The notes beneath the pieces are model-generated. The model did not search any database. It saw only the letters and a program-made list of their open reading frames with translations, and was not told the origin of the DNA. The translations under genes were made by a program, and so were the position numbers. Below are positions 35,410-36,609 of a DNA stretch of 36,609 nucleotides, piece by piece; within the stretch, counting starts at the first letter, position 1; every line of letters begins with the position of its first letter. This DNA comes from an uncultured Dechloromonas sp. (GTDB taxonomy: Bacteria > Pseudomonadota > Gammaproteobacteria > Burkholderiales > Rhodocyclaceae): contig CAMKYP010000001.1 in assembly GCA_946477505.1 (NCBI GenBank), positions 1 through 36,609 of the forward strand. The letters run 5' to 3'.

Positions 35410-35455
35410 CATCGCGCTCGCGCCCCCCGCATTGGATTTTGGCGAGGAAGGACCC
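35410..35455 (-). other. Candidate cos packaging site (cosQ + cosN-like)
   Basis: Minus strand GGGTCCT (identical to lambda cosQ) followed ~21-23 nt later by GC-rich TGCG-GGGGGCGCGAGCGCG, resembling lambda TACG^GGGCGGCGACCTCGCG. Confidence 0.6.
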
Positions 35456-35611
35456 CTTTTGCCTGGGCCCTCCCTCTCGGTCACGCAGCTTTCGCAACCA
35501 TAGCCGTCACTGTAGGGCATTTCGCTTCGAAATGAGACACCCCCTCGGTCCCCCTCTTTTGTCGTTCTCCCGAACCTCCCCTTTCCGGTTAGAAGGCTTC
35601 CGAAATTTCTA

Positions 35612-36007
35612 TCAACTCCCTTGCGGCTTGGCATGACCGTTAAGATGATCCGCCAGGGTCTGCAGTGCCTTCTGCCAATGTCGTTGCGCCGTCTTGGTGC
35701 AACAGGCAAAGCGAATGCCGATCTCTCGCCATCCATAGCGCTTGGCCCGCATCCAGACCAGATGACGCTGCTCGACCTCCAACCACTGCACCCAGCGCAT
35801 GACCTCGAGCATGCGGTCGATGTCCTTGGGGCTGGGTGGAAAGGGTCGGTAGACCTTCTCGTCGGCAGCCAGTGTCTCCCACTCCTGACGAACGAAGACT
35901 GGCCAAACCGTGTAGTAGCCTTGCACCCGCACTGGAGGCAGACGGCGTCCCGTGTTGGCAGCCTCTTCCAACCTCGCCGCCACGGTATCTGTGCACCACT
36001 CAGTCAT
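35612..36007 (-). CDS. Putative late-gene regulator with C-terminal sigma-70 region-4-like HTH (DUF6362-like, 131 aa)
   Basis: WLEVEQRHLVWMRAKRYGWREIGIRFACCTKTAQRHWQKAL. Occupies the lambda Q position upstream of the late region. Confidence 0.7.
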   Translation of the reverse strand: MTEWCTDTVAARLEEAANTGRRLPPVRVQGYYTVWPVFVRQEWETLAADEKVYRPFPPSPKDIDRMLEVMRWVQWLEVEQRHLVWMRAKRYGWREIGIRFACCTKTAQRHWQKALQTLADHLNGHAKPQGS

Positions 36008-36218
36008 GACGACCTCCCTGCTTCTGGCTGGCACCGTACAGACGCTGACCAATCCGCTTCACGAACTCACGTTCGACAAAGTCCAAACGCTCATCGGACT
36101 CTGACACCACGAGGATGTGCTGGTCGCGCCAGCCACGCTCCTTGATCGCGTCCAGATCTGTGGTCTGGGGTTGCAGACGTCCCAAAGGACAGCGGTATTG
36201 GTAGTTGGGGATCTTCAT
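36000..36218 (-). CDS. Hypothetical protein (72 aa)
   Basis: RBS CAGGAG; MKIPNYQYRCPLGRLQP...IKERGWRDQHILVV; overlaps the next gene. Confidence 0.7.
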   Translation of the reverse strand: MKIPNYQYRCPLGRLQPQTTDLDAIKERGWRDQHILVVSESDERLDFVEREFVKRIGQRLYGASQKQGGRHD

Positions 36219-36219
36219 G

Positions 36220-36609
36220 TCAAAACTCCTGTGTCTCAATGGCCCAGTGCAGGATCGCCAGTGCGTCTGCTTCGTTGTCATCCGCAGGGGCATGGCCACG
36301 CTGTCGTGCCGCCGTCACCATCTGCTCCTTGTTCGCATTGCCCTTGCCGGTCGCGTGCTTCTTGATCGTGCCAACCGGGACCCCTTGGTAAGGGATCTGG
36401 TGGTGCTCACACCAGGCAGTCAGATGAGCCATGAAGCCGCCGTAAGCGTGAGCCGCATCGACGCCGGCATGGCGGCGGACTTCTTCGAACACCACTTGGT
36501 CAATGCCTTCGTTGCACTGCTTGATGTCGGTGAGCCAGCGCTTGAACCGTAGGAAGCGCATGCCGCCCCCTTCGAAGCGTTGGGGTTTGAAGGATTGGCT
36601 GCCACTGCT
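36220..36609 (-). CDS. RuvC-like Holliday junction resolvase, 5' end beyond the window
   Basis: VVFEEV, PVGTIKKHATGKGNANKEQM and DDNEADALAIL are RuvC-type motifs. The frame runs to the window edge. Confidence 0.85.
   Translation of the reverse strand, partial: SSGSQSFKPQRFEGGGMRFLRFKRWLTDIKQCNEGIDQVVFEEVRRHAGVDAAHAYGGFMAHLTAWCEHHQIPYQGVPVGTIKKHATGKGNANKEQMVTAARQRGHAPADDNEADALAILHWAIETQEF

Larger units (their letters stand above)
1740..36609 (-). mobile_element. Lambda-like prophage/temperate siphovirus, late region (continues beyond the right edge of the window)
   Basis: Contiguous co-oriented head, tail and lysis genes in lambdoid order. The left boundary is inferred from the end of the endolysin and an inverted repeat. 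Confidence 0.9.

Overview
This window is almost entirely the late half of a lambda-like (siphovirus-type) prophage or temperate phage. It is GC-rich and probably betaproteobacterial (inference), and is encoded on the minus strand. Reading right to left: a truncated RuvC-like resolvase, two small genes, a non-coding control region with a lambda-like cosQ/cosN signature, two tandem ParB-fused DNA methyltransferases, then terS-terL-(two fibre-like genes)-gpW-portal-S49 protease/scaffold-decoration-major capsid, head-tail connectors, major tail protein, tail chaperones with a -1 frameshift, tape measure, an expanded tail-tip/receptor-binding module, and a lysis cassette ending at an att-like inverted repeat. 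An XRE/TPR gene pair lies beyond it. The most unusual structure is a plus-strand array of five small genes (30590-32644) inserted between the methyltransferases and terS. Four of them are each preceded by the same 31-bp element, GCTTGGCTTC-N6-GAACAGCGCGTT(CAT), which suggests a repeat-delimited, co-regulated gene-cassette array. Bases 1-22 are a Nextera adapter remnant. No integrase, replication genes, RNA genes or CRISPR array were seen. All family assignments come from motif recognition and synteny, not database searches.
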